DNA from: Octopus bimaculoides
Taxonomy: Eukaryota
DNA length: 63,480 nt
Assembly (NCBI RefSeq): GCF_001194135.2
Contig: NC_068984.1
Location: 59,490,497-59,553,976, forward strand
Direction: 5' to 3'
Part shown: in pieces, positions 35,890 to 46,935 of the stretch
How positions within the stretch are numbered: the stretch's first letter is position 1
How the letters are laid out: every line of letters begins with the position of its first letter
Made by a program: the position numbers and the translations under genes
Notes under the pieces: model-generated
Told to the model about the DNA's origin: nothing
Databases searched by the model: none
What the model saw: the letters and a program-made list of their open reading frames with translations, nothing else

Positions 35890-37500
35890 TATAAATGTAT
35901 CAGAGAAAATCAAGATATTATGAGAAGGATAGTGTATGGAAGGATAATGTTACATTTGCATTTCATGAGCCTGAAAAGAAAGAGACATGGAAGTGCCATT
36001 ATGAAAGGCTATTAAATGTGGAGAATGAACAGGAAAAAGGGAGCTTTCCTAATGTGAACCAAACAGAGGATCCAGTCAATCTTCTTGACAGAAGTGTGGT
36101 AGACAAACAATTAAGGGTATGAAGACAGGGAAGGCTCCTGACTCCTCAGGAATAACTGACGAGATGCTTAAAATATTTGGAGTAGGGTACATCCTAATCA
36201 GCCATATAGTTAATCAGTTTGTACAGGAAGGTATCATACCCAGCCAGTGATGTAGCAACATCATAGTCAACTGTTACAAAGGTAAAGGAGATGACTTAGA
36301 CAGAAGTAATTACAGAGGCATCAAATTGCTGGATCAGTTGGTAAAAGTCACCAAGAGTCATAGCTCAATTAATTAGGAAGAAAATTAACCAAGTTGAGAT
36401 GCAGTTTGGTTTCATGGTTACTATTGATGCTCTCTTTAGAGTTCAGCAACTGCAGATGTATTTAGCAAAAATAAATCACTGTTCTTGGTATTTATTGACC
36501 TTGAGAAAGCCTTTGGTAGAGAGCCTCACATCTTGATTTCATAGTTACAGTAGAAGTTGGGAGCAGCTTAATGGGTAGTGAGAGTCATTCAAGCCATATG
36601 CAATAAGGAGAGAGTTAACAAGGATGGCAATGAATTCAATGTGCAGGTAGAAGTTCATCAGTGTTCAGTTATTAGCCCCTTCCTATTTATCATAGTCTTT
36701 CAGACCACTACGGAGGAATTTAAGACCAGCTGTCCATGGGAACTCCTCAACGCTGATGACTTTGTTCATATAGCAGAAACTATAGTAGAATTAGAAATGA
36801 AATTCCAGGTTTGGAAGCAAGACCTGAAATCAAAGAGCCTTAAAGTTAACTTGGGAAAAACCAAAGTTCTAGTTAGCAGGAGAACAGACAGGCTGCTAAT
36901 CCCTTCAGGTAAATGGTTCTGATGTGTAGAAGTGTTGTAGGTAGGCATTCCATATAGTGTATTCAGTGCAAACTATGGATACAATGCAGCAAAATCACAG
37001 GAAGATTAACAGAGAAAGTAAACTTTGTGGCAGATGCATTAGTGCAATAAACACTAACAACAAATGGGAAACAGATTTTCTGGAAAGCCCAGGAGGATTC
37101 TTGGAGGTAGTAGATAGTTTCGGTTATTTAAGAGACCTAATTAATAGTGATGGTGGTGGTAGGGTATGTTCTGAAAGTATAGTTGCTAAAATAAGAACCT
37201 GCTGGAGAAAGTTCAGAGAACTACTACCTCAGTTGATAACAAAGGGCTTCTTTCTGAGTGAAAGACATTTTGAACAATGCCTGTCTACAAACAGCAGGTA
37301 TGAGCATGCGATGTGGATGGATGAGGGCAGCTGTATAAAGAGGTGCTGATTGCTAAACATGGAATGAACCTGTGGAAGCAGGAGACCCTGGAATATGTGG
37401 GCTGATGCAGTGAAGACTGGCCTGAAAATGTTGAGCCTCTCAGAGGAGATGTCAAAGGATTGAGATGAAAGGTGATATGTTGTGTTTGAGAAGAGACATC
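35890..37500 (+). pseudogene. Decayed RTE-clade LINE (RT, Cys cluster and C-terminus)
   Basis: FIDLEKAF, VEVHQCSVISPFLFIIVFQ, ELLNADDFV, LKVNLGKTKVL, W..FRELLP, MDEGSCIKRC motifs across broken frames. Confidence 0.88.
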
Positions 37501-38675
37501 CATCTCAGCCAAAGTGAGGACATGTCAAGCCTTGCCCTTCAATTCATCTTCTAACATCCATCTTTCCATCAACTTTCTGCAGTACTACCCACTCAGATGC
37601 TGTAAATGATACCACATGCTCCCCACTATTATTCACATTGTATCATTACTACTGTCCCTTATTACCCTCTTCTCCTCCTTAACTCACTCCTATTTCCTTT
37701 CCTGCACTCCTCCTCCCCCAAACTGATATTCATTACATCCACCTTAATCCCCATCACTAACCATCTGTCACACTATGTTCACAATACTGTACTAGCTTAT
37801 CCAGCCACCTTTTCTGTTCTTCTATCCCTATTCTCTCTCTCTCTCATATTCACCTTGTACTTTGACCTTACATTTCTCTCTCTCTCTCTCTCTTTCTGTA
37901 TGAGGAAGCCATGTATTCACTTCTTCAGCAAATCATCTGCTCCTGTCCCTCTCTCATACTTTTATATTCTTCAATATTATACTTCACTCAGTTGAAGGGT
38001 CTTGCCTTGCAAATACTTGGTGACTTCACCAGTGGTGGTGCCACAGAAACAGCACCCAGTACACTCTGTGAAGCGGTTGACTTTAGGAAAGGCATCCGGC
38101 TGTAGAAACCATGCCAAATCCAACACTGGAGCTCAATGCATCCCCCTAGCTTGTCAGTTCCTGTTGAATTGTCCAACTCATGTCAACATAGAAAAAGAGA
38201 TGAATGACAAGATAATATCAGGAGTTTGAGTCTCCTTTGATTCTTAAAAGGCATGTCATACATGTATTAAATGTTCTCTAATTTTAGTATTAAGAGATAA
38301 CATTATGTGCAGAATATGATGAATGTATTAATAAAAAGCTACTAGCATTAATTATACATTACAAGCACACAACTTATGACATCATCTATTGTCATAACAA
38401 TCCTTTCTACCTCCTAGATAAATGTGTCCTACAGAAAGGTACTGTTTACTAATTTAGATCCCATGGAAATACTGTACAACTGTTAAATATTTGGCATTTT
38501 GTTGGTTTAAAAGGCTGAATTCAAGTCTTCCCATTGGGAAAAATATACATGATATAGAGATAAAGGGTTGACATTTGAATGTATGTATTCAGTTAAACTA
38601 AAATACTTCTGATATTGGAATCTTACTCTTGTAGCAACAAATTTACTTTTCTCATCATCCCTCTTGAGTATCATC

Positions 38676-39131
38676 CAGGGCCGGATTAAGGCCAACAGAG
38701 GCTCTAAGCACTTAAAAAGTTTTAGTGCCCTCAAGTATATGTAAATGATTCAAAATGTAAATAAAAATTATTCAAAATGTAAACAATAATAAAGCATAAA
38801 ATAAATTTTTATTTTTCAAAATGTAACAAAATTAACAGAAAGGTGGAAAATGTTTATTTTTGTATGCTTCCACTTTATTTATATTTGAAAAGTTTTCTCC
38901 TTCGTTTTTTTTTTTGTTTTTTAATTGCAATTTTTTCAATGATATTGTTAAAATAAATTTTACGTGAAACTTCTGCTTTTATACTTAATAGAGATAAGGC
39001 ATTATGAATATTATTTTAGCAAGTTTAAAGTGATTTCTTTCGTGCTGTAAACTATTTTCATTTCTGTGGTGCCCCCGTCCCTTGATGCCCTAAGCACGTG
39101 CTTATTTTACTTAATGGTTAATCTAGCGCTG
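38676..39131. mobile_element. hAT-type non-autonomous element (456 bp)
   Basis: TIR-like ends cagggccggattaa / ttaatctagcgctg and an 8-bp TSD gtatcatc / gtatcacc (7 of 8 match). Confidence 0.8.
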
Positions 39132-39849
39132 GTATCACCCCAACAAAACTTGCATTAAAGAGTTTGCTCAATCCTTTATCCAGTTCTTTTGAATATTCAT
39201 TCTGTAGTTTTTGTCCCTACAGGTATCACCCTGAGAACATTCAAGTTGGACATCAATTGCATTAACCTTACTTATCTGGAAGGACTTGGATATCTTTCAT
39301 ACGTCTTGAATTATATTTTTTAAATACTATAAGTTTTCATGAAAGGGATCAAGCTTAAGCATTGTACTAGGGACTCTGAAAAGTAATTTATTTTCAAGCA
39401 AATAGTCTTCTAGCAGGCAATAAATAGTTTACGAGCCAATTAAAGGGGACCATGCAATCAGCCAATCAACATAGAGTAATTGAGGACATGCACTGTGTGT
39501 ATATGTCCTTTCTGATAGATGTTGTAAGACAAGGACTTTAGTGAGTGGTATATTCAACATTGCGTGCTTTACAAATTTCATAAGGACAACAATGCAACCC
39601 ATGCGATGGAAAACATGTAGTACATAATATTGATTTCGATTTTTGGTACAAGGCTAGCAATTTCAGGGGACAGGGTAAATCAATGACATTGATACAAGTG
39701 TTCAACTAGTACTTACTTTATTGACTTTGAAAGGATAAAAGGCAAAGTCAAGCTCGGCGGAATTTGAACTCAAAACTTGAAGAAGGACAAAATGTTGCTA
39801 AGCATTTTGCCTGGCATGCTAATGCTTCTGCCAGCTCACCACTCATGTA

Positions 39850-40487
39850 GTACATATATTGATGGTGTGAGTGTTCAGAAATGACAAAAGTGTTTTAACA
39901 AATTCAAAAATGGTAATTTTGATCTTTAGGATAGGTGTTGATCAGGAAGACCAACTGCTCTTGAAAATGAGGCAGTGAAAACAGCAATTGAAAAGAATCC
40001 ATCTTAAAGTATTAGGGAATTATTCCAGAAGCTTAATAAAATTTAACCAAAAGAGCAAAGTCATCTCAAGCAGATTGGGAAAGTGATCAGTGAATGGAAG
40101 TGGGTACCTCATGAACTACCCCCTGAGAATAAAGCAGTGCATTCAACATGATAACCCAAGAAAAGATAAATTCATTTGGCTGGGAAGCTTTACTTCTTAC
40201 ATACCAGCTCTAGCACTATAAGATTTACACTTATTCAGGCCACTTGAACACTTTACTTGTAGAAAACATTCAGAAGAAAGAATGATGTCAAAACAGCACT
40301 TCAAACATTTGTCTTCTAAAGAACTTCATTTTGTTTTTTGCTGAGGGGTTAGAAAATGTGTTTCAAGGTGGGAAAATGTTACTGCTAATGATTGCTTTAT
40401 TTTGAATGAATAAATACATCTGTGATATGTGTTATGCTAAGTTCAACTCATTACATGAAATGTGACATTACTTTTTCATACCTGTAA
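39850..40487 (+). mobile_element. Old degenerate mariner fragment
   Basis: FNKFKNGNFDL..SGRPT and KWVPHEL motifs. The right end resembles a mariner TIR followed by TA. Confidence 0.7.
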
Positions 40488-41239
40488 TAGTTAACATATT
40501 ATCATATACTTTTCAATTCCTCTTGTCTGACACCAAACTTATTCATGAAACACAAAAGGGCAAATGTATTTGGAGAGTTATTCTTACATCTGTCCAAGTC
40601 TAATAACTATATAAATTTGATAATACCAGGAATGGACTGTGTCAACAAGTATGAATTCAATGAAGATTGAAAAGTAAAATATGTAACAGAAGAAATAGGA
40701 TGCATCTTTCTTAAGAGCATTAAAGAGGATATGGATGGAGGTGGGCAGGGGGATATAGTAAGGGACAATGCTCATGACTGTCACATTCACTCTGAAAGCA
40801 GTGAGACTGATATTATTAATATTCTGCTTAAATTGTTGTAATTTCACAGTTGCATGGAAGGAATTCTAGGCAGCTAACATTTTAAGGAAGAAAGATCGAG
40901 TTTAGTGCTTAGTGTGGGACCTGGTGGGTTTGACAATGTGGTATGAGGGAACTGTAATGTAAGGAATAAAATATGGTATACCCACCTCTCATTGTTGGCT
41001 GTCCAGCTGTGTTAAATCCAAACACATACCCTACTCATCTTACCTAATGATAGCAGCCACTACTACCAATCCCTGTTTGCCTGCTCATCCACTCACATCT
41101 GTTCACAACCACTGCCCCAAGCCAAAAGAGGATGACCCTGGTCTTGCTTCCCTCACTTCCTCTCTTGCCCTTCCTGTTCCAGTGGGACCCCTTGGCTGTT
41201 GATGTCACAGCCCTTTCCTTCTAGTTCATCTCATATCTA

Positions 41240-41830
41240 CAGACACAATATGATGAAAAAGGAGTGAACCACAGGTGCCTCACAGTGGAACAAGACCAGC
41301 CAGCTCAAAAGAACAATGACTTTAATTGAAAAAGCAAAGAGAGGAGACAGCAGGTTTCTGTGCCAATGGTTGGAGTATCTGTGAGTAATTTTATGTCAGT
41401 CAGTCGATGACCTCTCCCAAGATGCAGTCTAGGATGCTTGTGTATGCAGTGACAACACTGTCTCAGATTTGGGAACAATACTTCTTTCTGGGCCTTAGTT
41501 CAGCTTTTATTGTTGGTAGGAATAAATATATTTTGGTCCTGAAGAGAAGAGCCAAGGGATGCAGTCCTCTCTATGTTAAAGATAGGCTTTCATTGAGAGG
41601 GATCCTCAATGAGTGAGGTTTCATATTCAGAGTGACTATGAGGGCACCAATTATGTGTTGCTCATGTTTAAGGGAGTTGTGGCATGACAATGCTTTCTTG
41701 ATATGAAGTTTTGTGTGGGGGCATTTTTTGTTGTTGAAAATGACAAGACTTGTATGACCCTACTGGAGAATGCTTTCTAGATCCCCATTTATAGAATCAG
41801 GTCTGGTTAACATGTGGTACCTAAATTGTA
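41240..41830 (-). pseudogene. Decayed CR1/jockey-group LINE RT C-terminus
   Basis: KAELRPRKKYCSQI*DS..SILD..LQPLAQKPAVSSLCFF..CSFELAGLVP resembles KAQIRP.LEYCSHIW..ILD..LQPL..RRAV..LSLFY..CS.EL...VP. Confidence 0.65.
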
Positions 41831-41994
41831 TGTGGATAGGACAGTTTCTTTCTTTTTTAAGTATTATTGGTTTAATTTAACAATACTAAAAGAAAAGGTA
41901 TCAGTTCTTGAAGCATGGTAAGTTCTAGTTAAGTTACAAGAATTATAATTTCAAAGTCTTACTAGTATCATATGTGAGAAACAACTATCTAAAA

Positions 41995-42172
41995 CAGGGG
42001 TCTCTAGAGTGGTCAATATCGACCCCTGGGGGTCATTGGGACTATTCCAGGGGTTGATAAATGCACGTCTAATTATTATTATTTATTTATTTTCTTGTAC
42101 ATGCCTGGAGGTCGATGAGGGGTCAAGGATTCCATGAAGGGACTGAAGGTCTAAAAAGTTTGGGGACCTCTG
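41995..42172. mobile_element. hAT-Charlie-type MITE (178 bp)
   Basis: Ends caggggtctcta / tggggacctctg and a perfect 8-bp TSD ATCTAAAA. Confidence 0.85.
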
Positions 42173-42477
42173 ATCTAAAATAATGTATCAGTTAAAATAA
42201 TGTATAGTTAAAAGCTGATATCTACTTCTTGCGAGAGTATATAAATCCTGGTTTTTGTATATCAAACAAGTTTTCTATTTGTTTGTTTATTATTTCTGTT
42301 TCTACCTTACTTTGTTGAAAGTACACTGTTTTAGTTTATTTTCTTGAAAACTGATATATAACTTTCAAACTTACCCATTTAATGACAGGTGTTAGACATA
42401 GAATTTGGGAAGAAATATCATACTCCAGCAATTTATAACAATGCCTAAGTAAGCATAAATTCTATACAACATATCTA

Positions 42478-42870
42478 TAGGTGCAAGCACAGTTGTGTGA
42501 TTAGAAGCTTGCTTCCCAATTACATGATTCTGGGTTCATCCTACTGTGTGGCATCTTAGGCAAGTGTCTTCTACTATGGCCTCAGGCCGACCAAAGCCTT
42601 GTGGCTGGATTTGGTGCGCGTAAATAGAGAGCAGCATGTCATATACATATATAAATATATATACCATTTATGTGTGTGTCTTTGTGTCTGTCCCCCCCCC
42701 CACACACACACATCGCTTGACAACTGGTGCTGGTGTGCTTATATCTCTGTAACTTAGTGGTTTGGCAAGAGAGATTGATAGAATAAATAAGTACTGGGGT
42801 CGATTAATTTGACTAAAAATTCTTCATGGCTGCAGTCTAATGACTGAAATAAGCAAAGATAAAAGATAGT
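42478..42870 (+). mobile_element. Family A SINE, near full length
   Basis: Head agaagcttgcttcccaa..ggttcatcctactg, ggccgaccaaagccttgtg body and aatgactgaaataagcaaaga tail. Confidence 0.8.
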
Positions 42871-43920
42871 CTATGTAGAATTAAAAATACAAAAAAAAAA
42901 ATGCTTTTGAAGAAGACACGTTTACTCCTCTGAAGATTACTTCAATGTTCCAGACCTTTATCTAAAAAAATAAAAGTTAGTACATACCAACTTGAGCAGT
43001 GTTAAACTGTATGGTGGATTGTTAGATAACTCAATGAAAATAGTTGTTGAATTCAGCAACCCAGGTGACTTAATTAGAAATTGATAGCACAATGGCAATC
43101 TTTGAGTGATCACTATTCTCCCTTTTTATAGTAAGATGCTTTTTCCTTTATGTTTTAGGAAAAAATGAATCTTATAATAGCCGTCATTGTCATCATCATT
43201 TAATGTCCATGTTCCATACTGATATCCCTCAAAATGTAAAGTATAATACCAATAAAAAGAAAGTCCTATAATGCCTGCACCTATATCAAAATAATTAAAC
43301 AATTTCAAATCTGTTACTCCATAGACAAAATGACTTCTTATTTTTTAAGCTCCTTTAATAAAAAAAATTTCTACTACATGCTGTTCCAAACAATAATGTC
43401 ACCTTTTTTGTCAAAAGGCAGTGAAAGCATCCAAGTCAATAGAGGATCCCACCATTAATGAGCCAAATTCCATTTGCATTATAGACAAAGGAAAAAGAAG
43501 AATTTTGACCTTCTTGTCTTTCATAATGCAAATAAAATTAAATTTTCACAAGTAAAAAAAATGAGTTTGCATATCAGTGGTTACTAATCTGATAGTGTTA
43601 TATTATTGACTGCAGTTTACCACCTTTTACTTCTACTTGACCTTCTGCACAGAGGCAGAACTGAAATGCAACATTGATACCTTATGCCAAACTTGCCTCT
43701 TTTCCAGGAACAGAGATCTGGAAAACATCCTCCAATGACAACGTGCTGATCTAGTTTCTTTTAGCAACACCATATATATCAAGAAAACAAACTTGCAACA
43801 CTACATCCATGCTATGCAGTAACAATACATAAAGCTCTCAAATTATGATTTTATTTTTTCTCATCATCTCACAAATGTAACAGCAAAAAAAAAAAAAAAA
43901 AAAAAATTTTGATCACTTAC

Positions 43921-44007
43921 TGATGCTCCACTAGGCCTAAAATTAACCAAAGCATTGTGTGACATAATAGAAGTGTTGTAAAAAATCACAAATATCCGGA
44001 GCCAAAT
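43921..44007 (-). other. Candidate 87-nt exon of a divergent minus-strand transcript
   Basis: Minus-strand acceptor attcttttAG (44008-44009) and consensus donor GTAAGT (43915-43920). One frame is open (IWLRIFVIFYNTSIMSHNALVNFRPSGAS). An upstream donor CAG|GTATAG at 44197 would give a 190-nt intron. No recognised homology. Confidence 0.35.
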
Positions 44008-44902
44008 CTAAAAGAATGCTATTTAGCAGATAGTTAGAGTCTCTCCCCAAGTCCACCCTCTCCCACCATAACTTCTGCTCCTCTGAATTAACAAGTTCCA
44101 TACATCATCACGTCAAAGCCATCCATTTCTCCTGTTTTAGTCATCCCTTCACGTTAACAAATTTATTTAGTCCTTTTCTCTCATTCAACAACTATACCTG
44201 CATTAATCAATCAAAAGGTTTCCAAATTGAACAGCAACCACATAGACAGTCTGACTCTGAGGACTCGCGAAGATCTCAAACGCCGTCCCTTCTTTTTCAA
44301 CTAAATAAATAAAAAAGAGCAGAACCAACTTTCACAATTTCGTTTAATAGGAACTCATAAAGTAACATTTTTAAAACTAATTTTGAAACTGAGATATTGA
44401 AGTATCTTTTTTTTAAATTCTACCAATTTTCGGTAGCAATGACTCAAAGGACACTACATCATGAATGAATCAGTAAAATTGAATAAATGTCTACTATGAC
44501 AAATATAAAGCCTCGTTTTCGTAGTTAACTGAAGCATTTGTATCAGAATGTTTTAAAAAGTAAATCTAATTTTGTTTGTATTTAAAATTTCGTTTAAGAT
44601 TTTGTTTTAATAATTATAAATTACAAAATAATACATAACTTTTAATATCACTAAACGTACTTTGTATCCTATTTGAGTTTTTAATCCCCCCCTAAAAAAA
44701 ACCGTGATTCTCACAAAGCCAACATTATACATAAGAATTATTAAATAATGAATAAATTTTTACGAGTTAATGAATCAAAATAAAATAAAATAAAAAGTCA
44801 ACCAGACTACTGGTATATGTTATTTAAATGGGTTGAAGATAATTGATACGAAACTTTTGAATGTCTTCTACAGAGCTGTAAAATGTTTACAACGATGAGC
44901 AA

Positions 44903-44938
44903 CATGCGCATGAGTAACAAAACAACCATGGCGGAAGT
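44903..44938. promoter_or_regulatory. Housekeeping-type promoter motifs: NRF1-like palindrome CATGCGCATG (44903-44912) and overlapping YY1/ETS-like CATGGCGGAAGT (44927-44938)
   Basis: Motifs read directly from the sequence, in a CpG-containing island within otherwise CpG-depleted DNA. Confidence 0.55.
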
Positions 44939-44969
44939 CGCTAGAGCCGAGCTGTTATCCACTTTCCAG
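44928..44969 (+). CDS. Probable first coding exon (MAEVARAELLSTFQ) of a UBA-like N-terminal domain protein, best guess FAF1/caspar-like
   Basis: aaccATGG Kozak context and phase-0 donor CAG|GTAAAT in a locally CpG-rich region. Similar to recalled FAF1 MASNMDREMILADFQ and caspar MSENKDEALASFQ. No second exon was identified in the remaining 18.5 kb. Confidence 0.5.
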
Positions 44970-45387
44970 GTAAATAATAAGAATCATTATAATAGAAAAA
45001 AAAAATCATAAGCTTTTTTCCTATCAAATATTTAATCTCTAATGAATGACATCTATAATGTAGATGTAAATTTTAAATAATACATATATGTGTAATATTT
45101 TAATATCATGACTTGTATTTCTCTAGCAGTTGGCTGAACAGCTGAGCTGAGCTATGACTTGTTTCGACAACAATTTTGAAACTATGACATGGATCTTAGC
45201 TAACATCATTTTACATTTAACAATACATTACTCTTTACTTAAGACATTTTTCTACCCACTCCCATACTTTTTTTTTTTTTTTACATTATGAGAAACTTCC
45301 TCAGTATTCAAGTTTTTCATTATCAAGTTCCAAAAATAAAATCAATGTTTAGAATAATTTCTGTATGTGATTTCTGTGTTCGCGTAT

Positions 45388-45422
<35 letters not shown>

Positions 45423-46729
45423 CACACACTCACACACATTCGAGTAATATCTATATATCACTTCGCCCTCTCTTCAAATATATAAAATGAAAATGAGATA
45501 AAGCTTCACGTATTCTGACTTTGTGATATATTTTGAAAATATATATATTCGTTGTGTATAGTGATCTTCTGTAATCTCGTCTCGTAATATTTATTCTATT
45601 TTATTTTTTCGTTTACGACTCGTATTTAACGTCCCTAAGAAGTTGGTTTCATTTGTCTTTTGGGGAAATTTATCACTTTGACCAATCGTTTTGTCTGTGG
45701 CCGTTATCTGTATTACACTGTCGCATAATCTTTGTTTGGACCCAATAGTGAACGGCTAATCAGGTTTTTTTTTCTCGTATTAATTTACTTTGTTCTAGAC
45801 CATTCTATCTCTCAAAAGACTTTTTACCTTGTTTCGACGCACACACATAAATGTCTAAACATCGTATTTTTTTCATTGTGCTACTAACAGGATATTGAAG
45901 CAGAAAAACGATAACTTCAATTCAACCATAGAAAAAAATTTAATTGTAGTTTGAATGGAGTATTGCTAGTATTTATATATAAATGAACGAAATTTATATA
46001 TTTTTTCATCTTTGTCTGTTGACCGAATGTATTCTGTTGTAAGGAGTTCCTTTAGCTCGTGGATTAATTTTTGAATAATAAAAATACAGTAAAGAAATCT
46101 GTTTAGATTTTAATTCCACCCACAACACGAAAAATAGTAATCGTCAGACTTCCTTTATAGATTACTAGACGAAATACTGGTTAACAGATTTCACTTTCGT
46201 CTGTTGAAGTTACCAGTTAGTCTTGGAATCAATCGCCTTATTAGTGTTGTGGATGTTTGTTTTAAAGGAATTTGCTGTGGAAATCGGAAAGTCAGAAGAC
46301 TTTTGCTGGCAGGGACACTTTAGCTGTTGAAGAATCACTTTCTGTCTTTCATAAATTTTGTTATAATTTTGAAATATTTTCTTTTTGCCGTTTTCTAAAG
46401 TGTGTTGCCTTTCTGTTTGGGTATTTATTCAATACAAATCTCATTAAAAAGCAAATTACTAAATAAGCACGAGCCAACGGTAGAGCTTTCTTTGTAGACG
46501 CTTGGCAATCCGGACAAAATCCATTTTTGTGTTCATACAGTTGAGTACAAGTCGAGCACTAGTGTTGAAATAATCCACTTCCCCCTCTACAGTTTATCAC
46601 TGTACATATAATAGGAATAAAAATTAAATATGTTAATCAATATTTTTATGGCTTTTCATTTTTTTAATCGAGGGAGTTCCGTTCTATGTTACATTTTAAG
46701 CGTGAGGGTTTTGTTCTAAAAGAAGTTGG

Positions 46730-46935
46730 CCGAGAGTTAGTAGTGGTGGACCGAGACGCTGTCACTCGACGTGTTAGAAATAGCAACCAAATCTCCACAA
46801 ATCACACCATGTCACTTTAATAAAGAAGGAAAGTATACTGTGTCAGGAATATTAATGGGATAGTCATGGTTGTATCACTTTTAATCATAGGTGTACTCAG
46901 CCAGAGCTGACGTGGGGTTATGCAACAACTAAATA
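46730..46935 (+). mobile_element. SINE-like family G (other copies about 22700-22850, 49080-49330, 58195-58370)
   Basis: Shared tagaaatagcaaccaaatctcc.caaatcacacc..cttaaaa..gga..attggataatgt.gtcct block. Confidence 0.6.
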
